Source: Deinococcota bacterium
Lineage (GTDB): Bacteria > Deinococcota > Deinococci > Deinococcales > Thermaceae
Length of the DNA: 64,000 bases
Direction: 5' to 3'
Assembly (NCBI GenBank): GCA_041695225.1
Contig: JBGFRI010000048.1
Location: forward strand, 1-64,000
Part shown: positions 30,753 through 39,826 of the stretch, one piece after another
Layout of the letters: each line of letters starts with the position of its first letter
Position numbering within the stretch: the first letter of the stretch is position 1
Notes under the pieces: generated by a model
Database searches by the model: none
The model's input: the letters and a program-made list of their open reading frames with translations, nothing else
Told to the model about the DNA's origin: nothing
Translations under genes and position numbers: made by a program

Positions 30753-31083
30753 CTGGATAGATTAATCACCCCCATCCCTTCGACTACCCCTCCGACGGGC
30801 TCAGGGCAAGGCTCAGCACAATCCTCGGCCACTACGTGACCCCTCGGCCGATGAGCTTACGAGCCCCTCCTGGATAGATTAATCACCCCCATCCCTTCGA
30901 CTACCCCTTCGACGGGCTCAGGGCAAGGCTCAGCACAATCCTCGGCCACTACGTGACCCCTCGGCCGATGAGCTTACGAGCCCCTCCTGGATAGATTGGT
31001 TACCCCCATCCCTTCGACTGCCCCTTCGACGGGCTCAGGGCAAGGCTCAGGACAAGCCTCGGCCACTCGATCACCTAGTCCAT
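30753..31083. repeat. 117-bp tandem repeat (about 2.8 units) built from the AT element plus nested palindromic repeats
   Basis: Units start CTGGATAGATT at 30753, 30870 and 30987; first two units nearly identical. Confidence 0.9.
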
Positions 31084-31251
31084 TGCTTCGTCGGCCCTTG
31101 GCTTCACACAATGACAGGCTCTTTGTGAACGACTTTACCGGCCACGAATCCGCTCTTTACTGCTCGAGCTCACAGAAGGACCACGAACGCTGATAGTTTG
31201 ATGAGATTTCGTGGTAAGATAGGCGCGTATCACAAACCCCTGGGGGTTCTT

Positions 31252-31809
31252 ATGAACAGCACACCGTCAGTTACCGACACTGTGAAGGATATGCTCAACC
31301 ATAGTATCCAGGTCATCACCAAGCCCAGTGTAGAAACCTTTGAGCAGTACGAAAACAAGGGCACCCTGCGCGAAGCGGTGATTTATGTGCTGGTTGCCGC
31401 TGTGATTACCGGCCTGTTCAACCTGGCGGGAGGTCTGGGCGCTTTTCTCAATGGCATTATAGGAACCACGCTGGGCTTTCTGGTTTTTACCTACCTGGTG
31501 CACTATGTGGGCAAGAGCCAGGGCGGCAGCGGAACCCTGGACAACGTGGCCTATACCTTTGCCCTGTTCTGGGCGCCAATCAGTGTACTGGTTGCGGTAG
31601 CCAGCCTGGTTTTGATAATTACCATCATCGGCATCTTTTTGCTTCCGTTGCTGGCGGTCGCGGCGCTGGTAATAAACGTCTATTTTGCGTATCTGGCCGT
31701 GCACTCGAGTATGAACCTGCGCGAAAGCGGCAAAATTTTGATTACCCTGGTGGCAGCCTTTGCGGGAACCCTGGTTGCCAGCTTGCTAATTGCCAGCATT
31801 CTGCGCTGA
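31252..31809 (+). CDS. Yip1-family membrane protein
   Basis: VITKPSVETFE N-terminus, about five TM helices, GGSGT loop. Confidence 0.7.
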   Translation: MNSTPSVTDTVKDMLNHSIQVITKPSVETFEQYENKGTLREAVIYVLVAAVITGLFNLAGGLGAFLNGIIGTTLGFLVFTYLVHYVGKSQGGSGTLDNVAYTFALFWAPISVLVAVASLVLIITIIGIFLLPLLAVAALVINVYFAYLAVHSSMNLRESGKILITLVAAFAGTLVASLLIASILR

Positions 31810-31827
31810 GTCTGGGGCAGAGGCAGG

Positions 31828-34197
31828 TTACTGTACTCTGACAATCTGAGCCACCGAAGGCACGCCCTGGTCGTCAATCAGGAACAGCATGTAAAAACCC
31901 GGGGGAGCAATGTTGTGCGCTCCACCTGGGGGTGCATCGTACATCCCGTCGGAGGGCGAGCGCACCCTAAGGCTCCAGCCTTCGCGACTGAGTATTGGCA
32001 GCTCTAAAAAGCGCTGGTTCTGATTGAAGCCATGGGTAGGAACACCCAGGGCCACCAGGCTGACCCGCTCGATGTGGCGATTGACGTCGGGGTGGCGCCA
32101 CTGGATGCTGAACTCGGTGTTGTCGGCGATGGTCGGGAAGCCGGTGTTGGGGGTAACGCCCGAGCCGAAACCCACGAAGATGGGCCGCAGCGCCAGGCTG
32201 CCATCGGGGTTAAAAAGGTAGGAGGGGTAGTAGACCTCGTGGTTTTTCTGGTTGATCATATCGGGGCGGCCAAACCAACGGCCGTAAAGGCCGCCGTCTT
32301 GCCCACCGGTCTCGAAGTTTCCATTGCAACGGCCACACCCCCCACCCCCGGCGGTTAGCACGGTGGCGTCGGGCAGCAGCAAAGAGGTTGCGTGGTAGAT
32401 GCGGGGCTGCCGGGCCCGGGGGCCCCGCTGGAAGCTGCCCCCGCCGGGGCCGGGGGTCCAGATCTCGCTATAGTGCACCGCCAGGTCAATGTTCCAGACC
32501 GTAGCGGGATTGACCGTTCTGGGCCACCAGGCGGCGGAGTCTGCTACGCTCATGGGTCTAGCGGGGATGGGACCGGGGTTCTCGCCGCCGTCCTGCTGCC
32601 CGCCGTTTACAAAAATGCGCCCATCGGCCAGCAGGGTGGCGTTTAGGTGGGTGCGGCTGAAATCCATCCTGGGGCCGGGGGTCATTATGGGGGGCCTGGT
32701 GGGGTCTCCCAAAAGTTCGATGTGAACCGAAGTGTTACCGTTTTCGAGGTTGTTGAGGGCATAAATCACCCGCTCCCGCGCGGGCTCCGGCCAGATGTCG
32801 GCGGCATAGCCCCCACCCAGCACCAGTACACGGTTGGGGCGGTACATTACCGAGGTGCCGTAGACCCGGTGGGCGTCGCGGGATAATCCGTGCTGGTCAC
32901 TCTCCCAGACTCCTACCCAGCGGTCGGACTGCACATCCAGAAAAGCCTTTTGTTTGCCTGCGCCGGCCAGGAATACCAGGCCGCTGGGGGCCACGTGCCA
33001 CCAGGGGTAGTAGTGCTCAAAGGACTCGATGGGCGCAGCGGTGGTGTTGAGCATGGAAAGGCCGGAGCGCGGATCGAAAATTTCGAAAGCGTTGTTGAAA
33101 GCAGTCTGACGGGCGTTGATGGTAGCGATACCCCGGTCCAGGCCGCGGGCCGGGGCCCCGGGGATACTGGTATCGCCTCCAGGCAGGCCCTGGCGCAGGC
33201 CTGGGGGGCAGGTTCCGCTTGGTGTGCGGCACGGGTTAAAAACCGGATCGGACGCCGAGCCTTCGACAAAGTCCGGGTCGGGCTGGGAGGTTCCACCGGT
33301 GATCAGCACCCGGTCGTCGGGCAGTCGGGTCAGGGTGGGGTACCAGCGGTCGCGCCACATATCCGGGGTCTGGGGGCCGGGGCCGGTAATCCAGGCGTTG
33401 GCAGCGGGGTCGAAGATATTGGTGCGGATGCTACCCCACTCAAACCCCACATTGCCACCAGCAGTCAGAAAGCGCCCGTCGCTCATCACGGAAAAACCAG
33501 CACAGAACAGGTCGGTTCCGCTTTGCTGACCGGGGCGGCCGGTCCCGTCGAAATTGCCAAAACTGGCGTCCTGGAACCTGCTGCTAGCCGGGTCCCAGAC
33601 TGTGGCCAGGGTTCTGTCGTGCTCACCGGGGGTGGGGTTCTGGCGGGGATTGGTATTGTGCACAGTGATGTTTTCACGGTAGTCGCCGTCCTCGTCGGAG
33701 GCGTACCAGCCGATTACCTGGCCGGTGGGCAGCAGGGCAGTAAAGGTCGAGACCACCGGCCAGCTCACCACCGGGCCAAAGCAGCCAATCCGGTGGGCCT
33801 GGGCCGGGTCAGACTGACAGGGGTTGGGCACCGGTACCGGGTTGGACTCTACCCAGGGGCTAAAGCTGTTGCCCGAGACCGCGCGCACCCGGAAGGTGTA
33901 GGTAAGGGCTCCGGTGGGAATCTGAGTATCTTCGAACTCGGTGGAGCTAAGGTTGACCCCCACCCGGTCGAAACCCTCCCGTCCGGGGCGGGAGCGCTCG
34001 AGCTGATACTGCAAGCCCTGGGGCTGGTTGGAGGGGGGACGCCAGCTCAGGCGCACGGTAGTGTGCGAAACCGCCGAGGCCAGCAAAAGACGGGGAGGCT
34101 CGAGGGTTGCGGGAGGAGGGGGAGGCTGTGGACAGGCCGTGAGTAGCAGGGCCAGCACCACCGCCAGAGCGCCTTTTATCACAGAACTTGTGCTCAT
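31828..34197 (-). CDS. Lipoprotein: FN3 + galactose-oxidase-like kelch propeller + C-terminal DUF1929-type domain (CAZy AA5 copper radical oxidase)
   Basis: LLLTAC lipobox, FN3 (LSW..YTFRVRA), LFCAG, RWYPT, RIYHAT, PTHGFNQNQR, APPGFYMLF; GGAGGT before ATG 34197. Confidence 0.88.
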   Translation of the reverse strand: MSTSSVIKGALAVVLALLLTACPQPPPPPATLEPPRLLLASAVSHTTVRLSWRPPSNQPQGLQYQLERSRPGREGFDRVGVNLSSTEFEDTQIPTGALTYTFRVRAVSGNSFSPWVESNPVPVPNPCQSDPAQAHRIGCFGPVVSWPVVSTFTALLPTGQVIGWYASDEDGDYRENITVHNTNPRQNPTPGEHDRTLATVWDPASSRFQDASFGNFDGTGRPGQQSGTDLFCAGFSVMSDGRFLTAGGNVGFEWGSIRTNIFDPAANAWITGPGPQTPDMWRDRWYPTLTRLPDDRVLITGGTSQPDPDFVEGSASDPVFNPCRTPSGTCPPGLRQGLPGGDTSIPGAPARGLDRGIATINARQTAFNNAFEIFDPRSGLSMLNTTAAPIESFEHYYPWWHVAPSGLVFLAGAGKQKAFLDVQSDRWVGVWESDQHGLSRDAHRVYGTSVMYRPNRVLVLGGGYAADIWPEPARERVIYALNNLENGNTSVHIELLGDPTRPPIMTPGPRMDFSRTHLNATLLADGRIFVNGGQQDGGENPGPIPARPMSVADSAAWWPRTVNPATVWNIDLAVHYSEIWTPGPGGGSFQRGPRARQPRIYHATSLLLPDATVLTAGGGGCGRCNGNFETGGQDGGLYGRWFGRPDMINQKNHEVYYPSYLFNPDGSLALRPIFVGFGSGVTPNTGFPTIADNTEFSIQWRHPDVNRHIERVSLVALGVPTHGFNQNQRFLELPILSREGWSLRVRSPSDGMYDAPPGGAHNIAPPGFYMLFLIDDQGVPSVAQIVRVQ

Positions 34198-34562
34198 AAG
34201 AATCTGACCTCCGGATGTTAGCGGTTTTGGCCCGGGTCTGGCCGGAAACCTGCCTGGCAAGGCCCGGACCCCCGCAAACCACGGTATGGCTAACCTCAGG
34301 ATATGCGTAACCATGCCCACTTTGGGGTAACGGTGGTGAACTGGGGCGTTATTGGAGTGATTGGGTTCAGAGCGGCACAAAGAGCGTTTCGTTAAGCACC
34401 TGTACGGGTAACGCGGCTGACCTTAACATCTCAGGTTATGCCCCTCTCAGGCTGGTGATGTTTTGATGGCCTTAGGAGGTGGTCAATCTTACTGCACCCG
34501 GACGGCGTGGTCGGGTGAGCGTGGCCTGCAATGGGCAAAAGCCACGGGTTTATTATGTGAAC

Positions 34563-35450
34563 ATGCCAGACAACACCGTCAAAACCGCGTTTGTGGGGCT
34601 TGGGGCCATGGGCTATCTGCTGGCCGGGCACCTGGCGAGGAAGTACCCGATCCTGGTCTGGAACCGCACCTTTGCCAGGGCCCTGGCACATGCCAGCAAG
34701 TTTGGCTCGAGGGCAGTAGAGCTGCCCGAGATAGCCCAGGCCGACCTTTTATTTAGCTGCCTGCCCACCTCGCAGGAGGTGGACGAGCTGGCCCGCAGGC
34801 TGCTGCCCTATCTGCGCCGCGGCACCCTCTGGGTAGACCACACCTCGGGGGAGCCCGAGCTGGCCCGGCAGACCGCCCGAATGCTGCAGGAAAAAGGGGT
34901 TTCGTACCTGGATGCTTGTCTGTCTGGTGGGGTAGCGGGGGCCGAGAATGCCCGGTCAACCGTGATGGCGGGTGGCTCGGACGAAGACTTTGCCAGGGCC
35001 AGGCCGGTAATGGAGGCCTATGCCGCCAGGATTGTGCATGTGGGGCCGCTGGGCTCAGGCCACGCGGTCAAAGCCGTAAACAATGCCTTGCTGGCTGTAA
35101 ACCTGTGGGCCCTTAGCGAGGGTATGGTTGCCCTGGTCAGGCAGGGGGTGGATACCCAGCTGGCCCTCGAGGCCATCAACGCCTCTTCGGGGCGTTCGAA
35201 CGCGAGTGAGAATTTGTTTGCTCAGCGGGTGATTTCGCGCCAGTTCCCCAACACCTTTGCCCTGGGTTTGCTGGCCAAGGATGTGGGGATTTGCGCGAAG
35301 GTGCTCGAGGCGGCGGGAACCCCAGCCCCGCTGTTGCGCCAGCTTCGCGAGTTCTTCGAGATTGCCAGACGTGAGATTGGCTCTTCCGAGGTAGACCACA
35401 CCGCGGTAGCGCAACTTTTGGAGAAGTGGTCGGGTGTGGAGATCAAGTGA
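34563..35450 (+). CDS. NAD(P)-dependent beta-hydroxyacid dehydrogenase (3-hydroxyisobutyrate DH family)
   Basis: FVGLGAMG, WNRT, LDACLSGG, GSGHAVKAVNN, FALGLLAKD. Confidence 0.9.
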   Translation: MPDNTVKTAFVGLGAMGYLLAGHLARKYPILVWNRTFARALAHASKFGSRAVELPEIAQADLLFSCLPTSQEVDELARRLLPYLRRGTLWVDHTSGEPELARQTARMLQEKGVSYLDACLSGGVAGAENARSTVMAGGSDEDFARARPVMEAYAARIVHVGPLGSGHAVKAVNNALLAVNLWALSEGMVALVRQGVDTQLALEAINASSGRSNASENLFAQRVISRQFPNTFALGLLAKDVGICAKVLEAAGTPAPLLRQLREFFEIARREIGSSEVDHTAVAQLLEKWSGVEIK

Positions 35451-35472
35451 TGGCCACAGTCTTGCAGGGTTG

Positions 35473-35826
35473 CTCATACCAGTTTGACTACCAAGAAACT
35501 CCCTTCCGTTTCGTCGCCACGGGTGCATGCAGCTCACGAAAAACTCCCTTGCTACGGGGCTCTTTCAGCCCCCTTACTAAGGGCTTTTTTTCAAGCCCGC
35601 CTTACCAAGGGGGGTTGGGGGAATTTGGAGGGTGGGTGCGGTAATTTATAGAGCCTGCGAAATCGCTGCGAGTATGGCCTAGAACAATCCCCCCGGCTCG
35701 CTGACGCTCGCCACCCCCCTTGTTAAGGCGGGGGTGGCCCCGGCTCGCAAAAACCTGCCAAGAAACTCCCCTCCGTTTCGTCTCCGCGGGTGCGCGCAGC
35801 TCATGGAAAACTCATACCAGTTTGAC
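35473..35826. repeat. Composite repeat: 16-bp direct repeats, 56-bp direct repeats and internal C/G-run hairpins
   Basis: CTCATACCAGTTTGAC at 35473-88 and 35811-26; CCAAGAAACTCCC...AAAACTC at 35491-546 and 35758-813. Confidence 0.85.
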
Positions 35827-36252
35827 GATTTGCCGAATAGCGCCCAGGTGATAGCAGGCGTGTGCCAGTGTAGCGGCCAGTCCACCAGGTTCATCGCCGT
35901 CCCAACGGGGGGTGTTGCTGGCAAGCTTCACCACCTCGTCATACGCGAATCTTACCCGCGCCCGCAGCGCAGCCCACTCCCCTTCAGAAACCGTACCGAA
36001 AAAGCTGCCTTTCCAGTCAAACGGCCCTCGGTCTCCATGCGCCCAGCGCACCGTCACTTCCATGTGGTAGGCAGTGTGGGCGGCCTGGGCTGCCACACTC
36101 ATACCGAGCGCGGTAGGGTTGGAAGCCTGGTCTGCACTCAGCGCCTCGAGGGTCGCCAACAGCCCGTGGTTGCCACTGCCATCGGCCCTGGTTCCGTCCA
36201 GAAAGGCGGTTCCCTGGCCTGGCTCACCGCCCTCCATGGCTTCCTTTAGCAC
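35812..36252 (-). CDS. DinB family protein (5' end possibly frameshifted)
   Basis: SVAAQAAHTAY, AHACYHLGAIRQ; an upstream ATG at 36287 with a -10 box is out of frame by 1 nt. Confidence 0.75.
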   Translation of the reverse strand: MLKEAMEGGEPGQGTAFLDGTRADGSGNHGLLATLEALSADQASNPTALGMSVAAQAAHTAYHMEVTVRWAHGDRGPFDWKGSFFGTVSEGEWAALRARVRFAYDEVVKLASNTPRWDGDEPGGLAATLAHACYHLGAIRQIVKLV

Positions 36253-36352
36253 CAGCAGCCACCCATTTCGAATGCCTTGTCGCCCATATTGTGATGATAG
36301 CAGAACCGTGCTTGGCTTAAATACCGGTTATAAAAGGGCGTACAATTCGGCC

Positions 36353-36660
36353 ATGGCACCAGGACTCGAGGGCCTGGTGGGGTCAGTCCGCCGCATTAGT
36401 TCCCACACCTTTTCCAAGCATAGTCAGCGCAGGCTTCGCCTGCTGGAGAGTTTGGTTGCGGAGCGCGACGAGCGTATGGGCGTGACGGTCAAGCACCACT
36501 CCCGGGTGGCCCAGGATCCCTCCGAGCCCAACCTGCGTCAGATTCACCTGGGTTCACGCCGAGTTACACGAGTAGCTCAACTGCAAAGGGTTTCGCGTGA
36601 AGGCCGGAGATATGGGCGAGAAGATCATCACCCGCGGCCTAAATCTACTCCCAGTCTATC
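36353..36660 (+). pseudogene. MOSC-domain protein pseudogene
   Basis: SHTFSK..GVTVKHHSRVAQDPSEPNLRQIHL, then frameshift to VHAELHE*LNCKGFRVKAGDMGEKIITRGLNLL; truncated. Confidence 0.75.
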
Positions 36661-36772
36661 ACCGCGTGTAGACAGGAAGGGCTACAGCCCTGTCGGGGGT
36701 TTTATCAAACCGGGTCAAGGGTTCGCCTACTTCGGCAACCGGAAAACTTCGGGACAGGGTTCGCCCCCTGCC

Positions 36773-37381
36773 TCAGGCTTCGGTAGCGGCACTCGAGATC
36801 GAACCCTGCCGCATGAGGGTCTGGGCTAGCTCGAGCCTTTGCACCAGCGAAGGGGCCTCGAGCAGGGCCTGGCGATCCTCGCCGGAAATACGCAGGTTCA
36901 CACACAAAAAAGAAGCCTGGTAGAGCGGGTCGTCGGGCAGGTTGGCAATGGCCTCTTCCAGGGCTTGTGGGTCGGCTACTCCGACCATGTAGCCCCGAAA
37001 AGCCTCCATGGCATCCCAGGCTGCTACAACCTCCTCGGTGCGGGTGGTGCGTTCCAGAGGAAATGGTGCATCGAGGGTAGTCTGGTACAGGTTTTTCTCA
37101 AAAACCCCCGCCCCCTCAATATGGCAGCGGTCGCCACCCCGGCAGACGATGTTGAAGGTGCCATCGGGGTTTTCCGAGGCTGCCAGCAAGTCCACATAAC
37201 CCCCCACCTCGCGCATGCCAGCCGAAGTCGCCAGGGTAATCACAAAACGGCGCTGGTCTTCGCTCCTGGCCAGCAGATCCCGTACCATCTGTTTGTAACG
37301 TTCCTCGAATATAAACAGCGGAATCAGCAGCCCGGGAAATACCACGGTCTCGGGCAAAGGGAAAAGGGGCAAACGGTTCAC
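36773..37381 (-). CDS. LON peptidase N-terminal (substrate-binding) domain protein
   Basis: LPLFPLPETVVFPG, LFIFEERYKQMV, RQALLE. Confidence 0.9.
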   Translation of the reverse strand: MNRLPLFPLPETVVFPGLLIPLFIFEERYKQMVRDLLARSEDQRRFVITLATSAGMREVGGYVDLLAASENPDGTFNIVCRGGDRCHIEGAGVFEKNLYQTTLDAPFPLERTTRTEEVVAAWDAMEAFRGYMVGVADPQALEEAIANLPDDPLYQASFLCVNLRISGEDRQALLEAPSLVQRLELAQTLMRQGSISSAATEA

Positions 37382-37421
37382 GGTAACAGGTTAAGGGTTT
37401 GTAGCAGGTTTGCCAAACTGT

Positions 37422-37862
37422 TTACGAGCTACTCTGGTGTTGAAGCCAGCGCTCCTGAAGTTTCTGGAAAATCCGCAAGAGCTTGGCCTTGGGCAAGATC
37501 ACCTGCTCGGTCTGGCCCTCTCCGATCAGATCGCCCAGCTCGTTCCAGGCAGTGCAGCGGGCGAAGATGCGGTTGCCCTCGGTATGGGTGTGTTCGGCCA
37601 GAATTCTTACTTTCATGCCCGGTAGGGCCGAGGCCAGGTGATGCACGCTAACCTTAGAACCGATGCCCTCTTCGCCCTCTTCTAAAAAGGGCAGGATAAT
37701 TTTTCGGCCTGCCAGCTCCATATGTTTGGCCATCCAGTAGGTGGCGTATACCGGGTGCAGCCTGCCCAACTGGGGGTCGTCGGGGTGCTCGAAGTCTACG
37801 GTCATCTCGTCGGTGACGACTGTCTCGAAGGTGGCCTGGTAGGCGACGGGGATGGGTTTCAT
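37422..37862 (-). CDS. Hotdog-fold thioesterase (FlK-like)
   Basis: HPVYATYWMAKHMELA, GIGSKVSVHHLA, IGEG. Confidence 0.82.
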   Translation of the reverse strand: MKPIPVAYQATFETVVTDEMTVDFEHPDDPQLGRLHPVYATYWMAKHMELAGRKIILPFLEEGEEGIGSKVSVHHLASALPGMKVRILAEHTHTEGNRIFARCTAWNELGDLIGEGQTEQVILPKAKLLRIFQKLQERWLQHQSSS

Positions 37863-37939
37863 AAGAATGTCGCTGGTCTGTGGTCAATAGTCAATAGCAG
37901 AACATCCAGCGTCGGCGATAGACCATAGACTATGGACTA

Positions 37940-39289
37940 TCAGCTCATTTTGCGCAAGTCCGCCACCCGCCTGAGCTTACCACCCTCGCTACGGGGGGCG
38001 GTGCCGGGGTTGATGAGCGAGACCTGCACCGAGACGCCAACGTTGTCCTTAATTTTCTTGGCGACCTTCTCGCGCAGCTGGGCCAGCCGCTGGTCGGCCT
38101 GCACGATTGCGTCGGAGAGCAGCTGCTGGCCAACCTCGCGGAAGAATGGCTCACAGACCTCGAGCTTTAGCTCTACCTCGTCCATGGTGCCCTTGCGGGT
38201 TAGCACAATCTGGTAGTGCGGAACCACCTCGGGTATCTCCTTGAGGACCGCTTCGATCTGGGTGGGGTAGAGGTTCACCCCCCGCACGATCAGCATATCG
38301 TCGGTACGGCCCCGGATCTGGCCCATGCGGGCACAGGTGCGTCCAGATACTCCCGGTTCGCGGGTGATGAAGGTGAGGTCGCCGGTCCAGTAGCGCAGGA
38401 GCGGCATGGCCTGCTTGGTCAGGGTGGTCAGGATCAGCACTCCCACCTCTCCCTCGGGCAGGGGCAGGCCGGACTCGGGGTCTACCACCTCGGGGTAGAA
38501 ATGGTCTTCCCAGATGTAGGAGAGGCCGTCACGCTCGTTCACGTCTTCGTTAGAAACCCCCGGCCCGATGATCTCCGAAAGACCGTAGATATTGGTGGCC
38601 TTCACCCCCAGCCCCTGGTCAACGCTTTTGCGAATAGCCTCGGTCCAGGGTTCGGCCCCCAGAATAGCGTACTGAAGGCTAATCTGCTCGGGGCCGACTC
38701 CGCGCTTTTTGAACTCCTCTCCCAGGGTCTGGGCATAAGAAGGGGTGCAGGAGATCATCTCGGGTTTTAGATCTTGAATCAGCATGACCTGCCGCTCGGT
38801 CATGCCGCCGGAGATGGGCACTACCAGCATCCCAAGCTTCTCCGCGCCCCCGTGCAGGCCCAGCCCGCCAGTAAACAGGCCGTAGCCGTAGGCGTTGTGC
38901 AGCATCATGCCGGGCCGGCCGCCGGCAGCAGCCAGCGAGCGGGCCACCACCTCGGCAAAAATCTCCAGATCGCCCCTAGTATAGCCCACCACAATGGGTT
39001 TGCCGGTAGTACCCGAGGAGGCGTGAATGCGGGCTATCTGCTCCCTGGGCACGGCAAACAGCCCAAACGGATAGGTGTCGCGCAGGTCTTTCTTCTGAGT
39101 GAAAGGGAGCTTGTGCAGATCCCCCACACCCCGAATTTCACCAGGTCGGAGGCCCTTCTCGTCCAGTGCCCGCTTGTAAAAGGGGACGCGTTCATAGAGA
39201 TACGCAACCTGCTCGCGCAGGCGCTGGTTCTGCAGTTCGGTAAGCTTGGGACGTGGCAGGGTCTCCAGTTCAGGCTGAAAGATGGGCAT
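37940..39289 (-). CDS. paaK: Phenylacetate-CoA ligase
   Basis: HASSGTTGKP, YGYGLFTGGLG, YGLSEIIGPG, GRTDDMLIVRGVN. Confidence 0.95.
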   Translation of the reverse strand: MPIFQPELETLPRPKLTELQNQRLREQVAYLYERVPFYKRALDEKGLRPGEIRGVGDLHKLPFTQKKDLRDTYPFGLFAVPREQIARIHASSGTTGKPIVVGYTRGDLEIFAEVVARSLAAAGGRPGMMLHNAYGYGLFTGGLGLHGGAEKLGMLVVPISGGMTERQVMLIQDLKPEMISCTPSYAQTLGEEFKKRGVGPEQISLQYAILGAEPWTEAIRKSVDQGLGVKATNIYGLSEIIGPGVSNEDVNERDGLSYIWEDHFYPEVVDPESGLPLPEGEVGVLILTTLTKQAMPLLRYWTGDLTFITREPGVSGRTCARMGQIRGRTDDMLIVRGVNLYPTQIEAVLKEIPEVVPHYQIVLTRKGTMDEVELKLEVCEPFFREVGQQLLSDAIVQADQRLAQLREKVAKKIKDNVGVSVQVSLINPGTAPRSEGGKLRRVADLRKMS

Positions 39290-39298
39290 AATCACCTC

Positions 39299-39826
39299 TT
39301 AGAGTTCGAGTTTCATCCCCTCGTGGCTGGCAACAAAGCCCAGGCGTTGATAAAAGCGAATCGCGTCGGTGCGTGATTTGTTTGAGCTGAGCTGCAAAAA
39401 TTTGCAGCCCCGCTGCCTCGAGTGTTCGATTACCCACAGTAACATGGCCCGACCCAGGCCCCGGTTGCGATACGGGCTGCCCACCCGCACCCCCTCGAGC
39501 TGGGCCCGCCAGGCACCCTGGTAAGAAAGACAGGGGATAAAGCTGAGCTGAAAGGTGCCAGCGATGGAGTAGGTGATGAGCTGGCCGGGGGTGCTATTCT
39601 CCCTGTCCATACCGTCCTCTAGTTCCACAACCGCCAGGAACTGGTTGGGGTCGGCCTCGATGCCTGCAAAAGCCTGGTAGTAGCTCCGAGGGAGTGGATT
39701 GCTGAGGGTCTCTCGGGGCTGCCCCAGGGGGTCGTCGGCCAGAAGTCTGACAATTTCCACCACGTCTGCTCGGCTGGCACGGCGAACAACCCCCAGACCA
39801 GCGGGCAAGGGGAAGATCTCACTCAT
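39299..39826 (-). CDS. GNAT acetyltransferase with a 15-aa in-frame insertion
   Basis: LLADDPLG, GTFQLSFIP, EGVRV..YRNRGLG, FYQRLGFVASHEGMK; ATGA coupling to the SDR gene. Confidence 0.9.
   Translation of the reverse strand: MSEIFPLPAGLGVVRRASRADVVEIVRLLADDPLGQPRETLSNPLPRSYYQAFAGIEADPNQFLAVVELEDGMDRENSTPGQLITYSIAGTFQLSFIPCLSYQGAWRAQLEGVRVGSPYRNRGLGRAMLLWVIEHSRQRGCKFLQLSSNKSRTDAIRFYQRLGFVASHEGMKLEL
39564..39610 (+). mobile_element. 43-bp variant of the AT element inserted in frame in the GNAT gene
   Basis: AT-GGAGTAGGTGATGAGCTGGCCGGGGGTGCTATTCTCCCTGTCC-AT; net 45 bp; left half matches GGACTAGGTGATCGAGTGGCCG of the 31083 copy. Confidence 0.72.

Noticed and set aside
30753..31083. 117-bp periodic repeat as a CRISPR array
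   Set aside because: Whole units are near-identical with no unique spacers, and the unit is too long.
32890..34146. 418-aa plus-strand ORF and similar long antisense ORFs (e.g. 3363, 23075, 46405, 53478, 56077)
   Set aside because: Shadow ORFs of well-supported genes on the opposite strand in GC-rich DNA, with no motifs.
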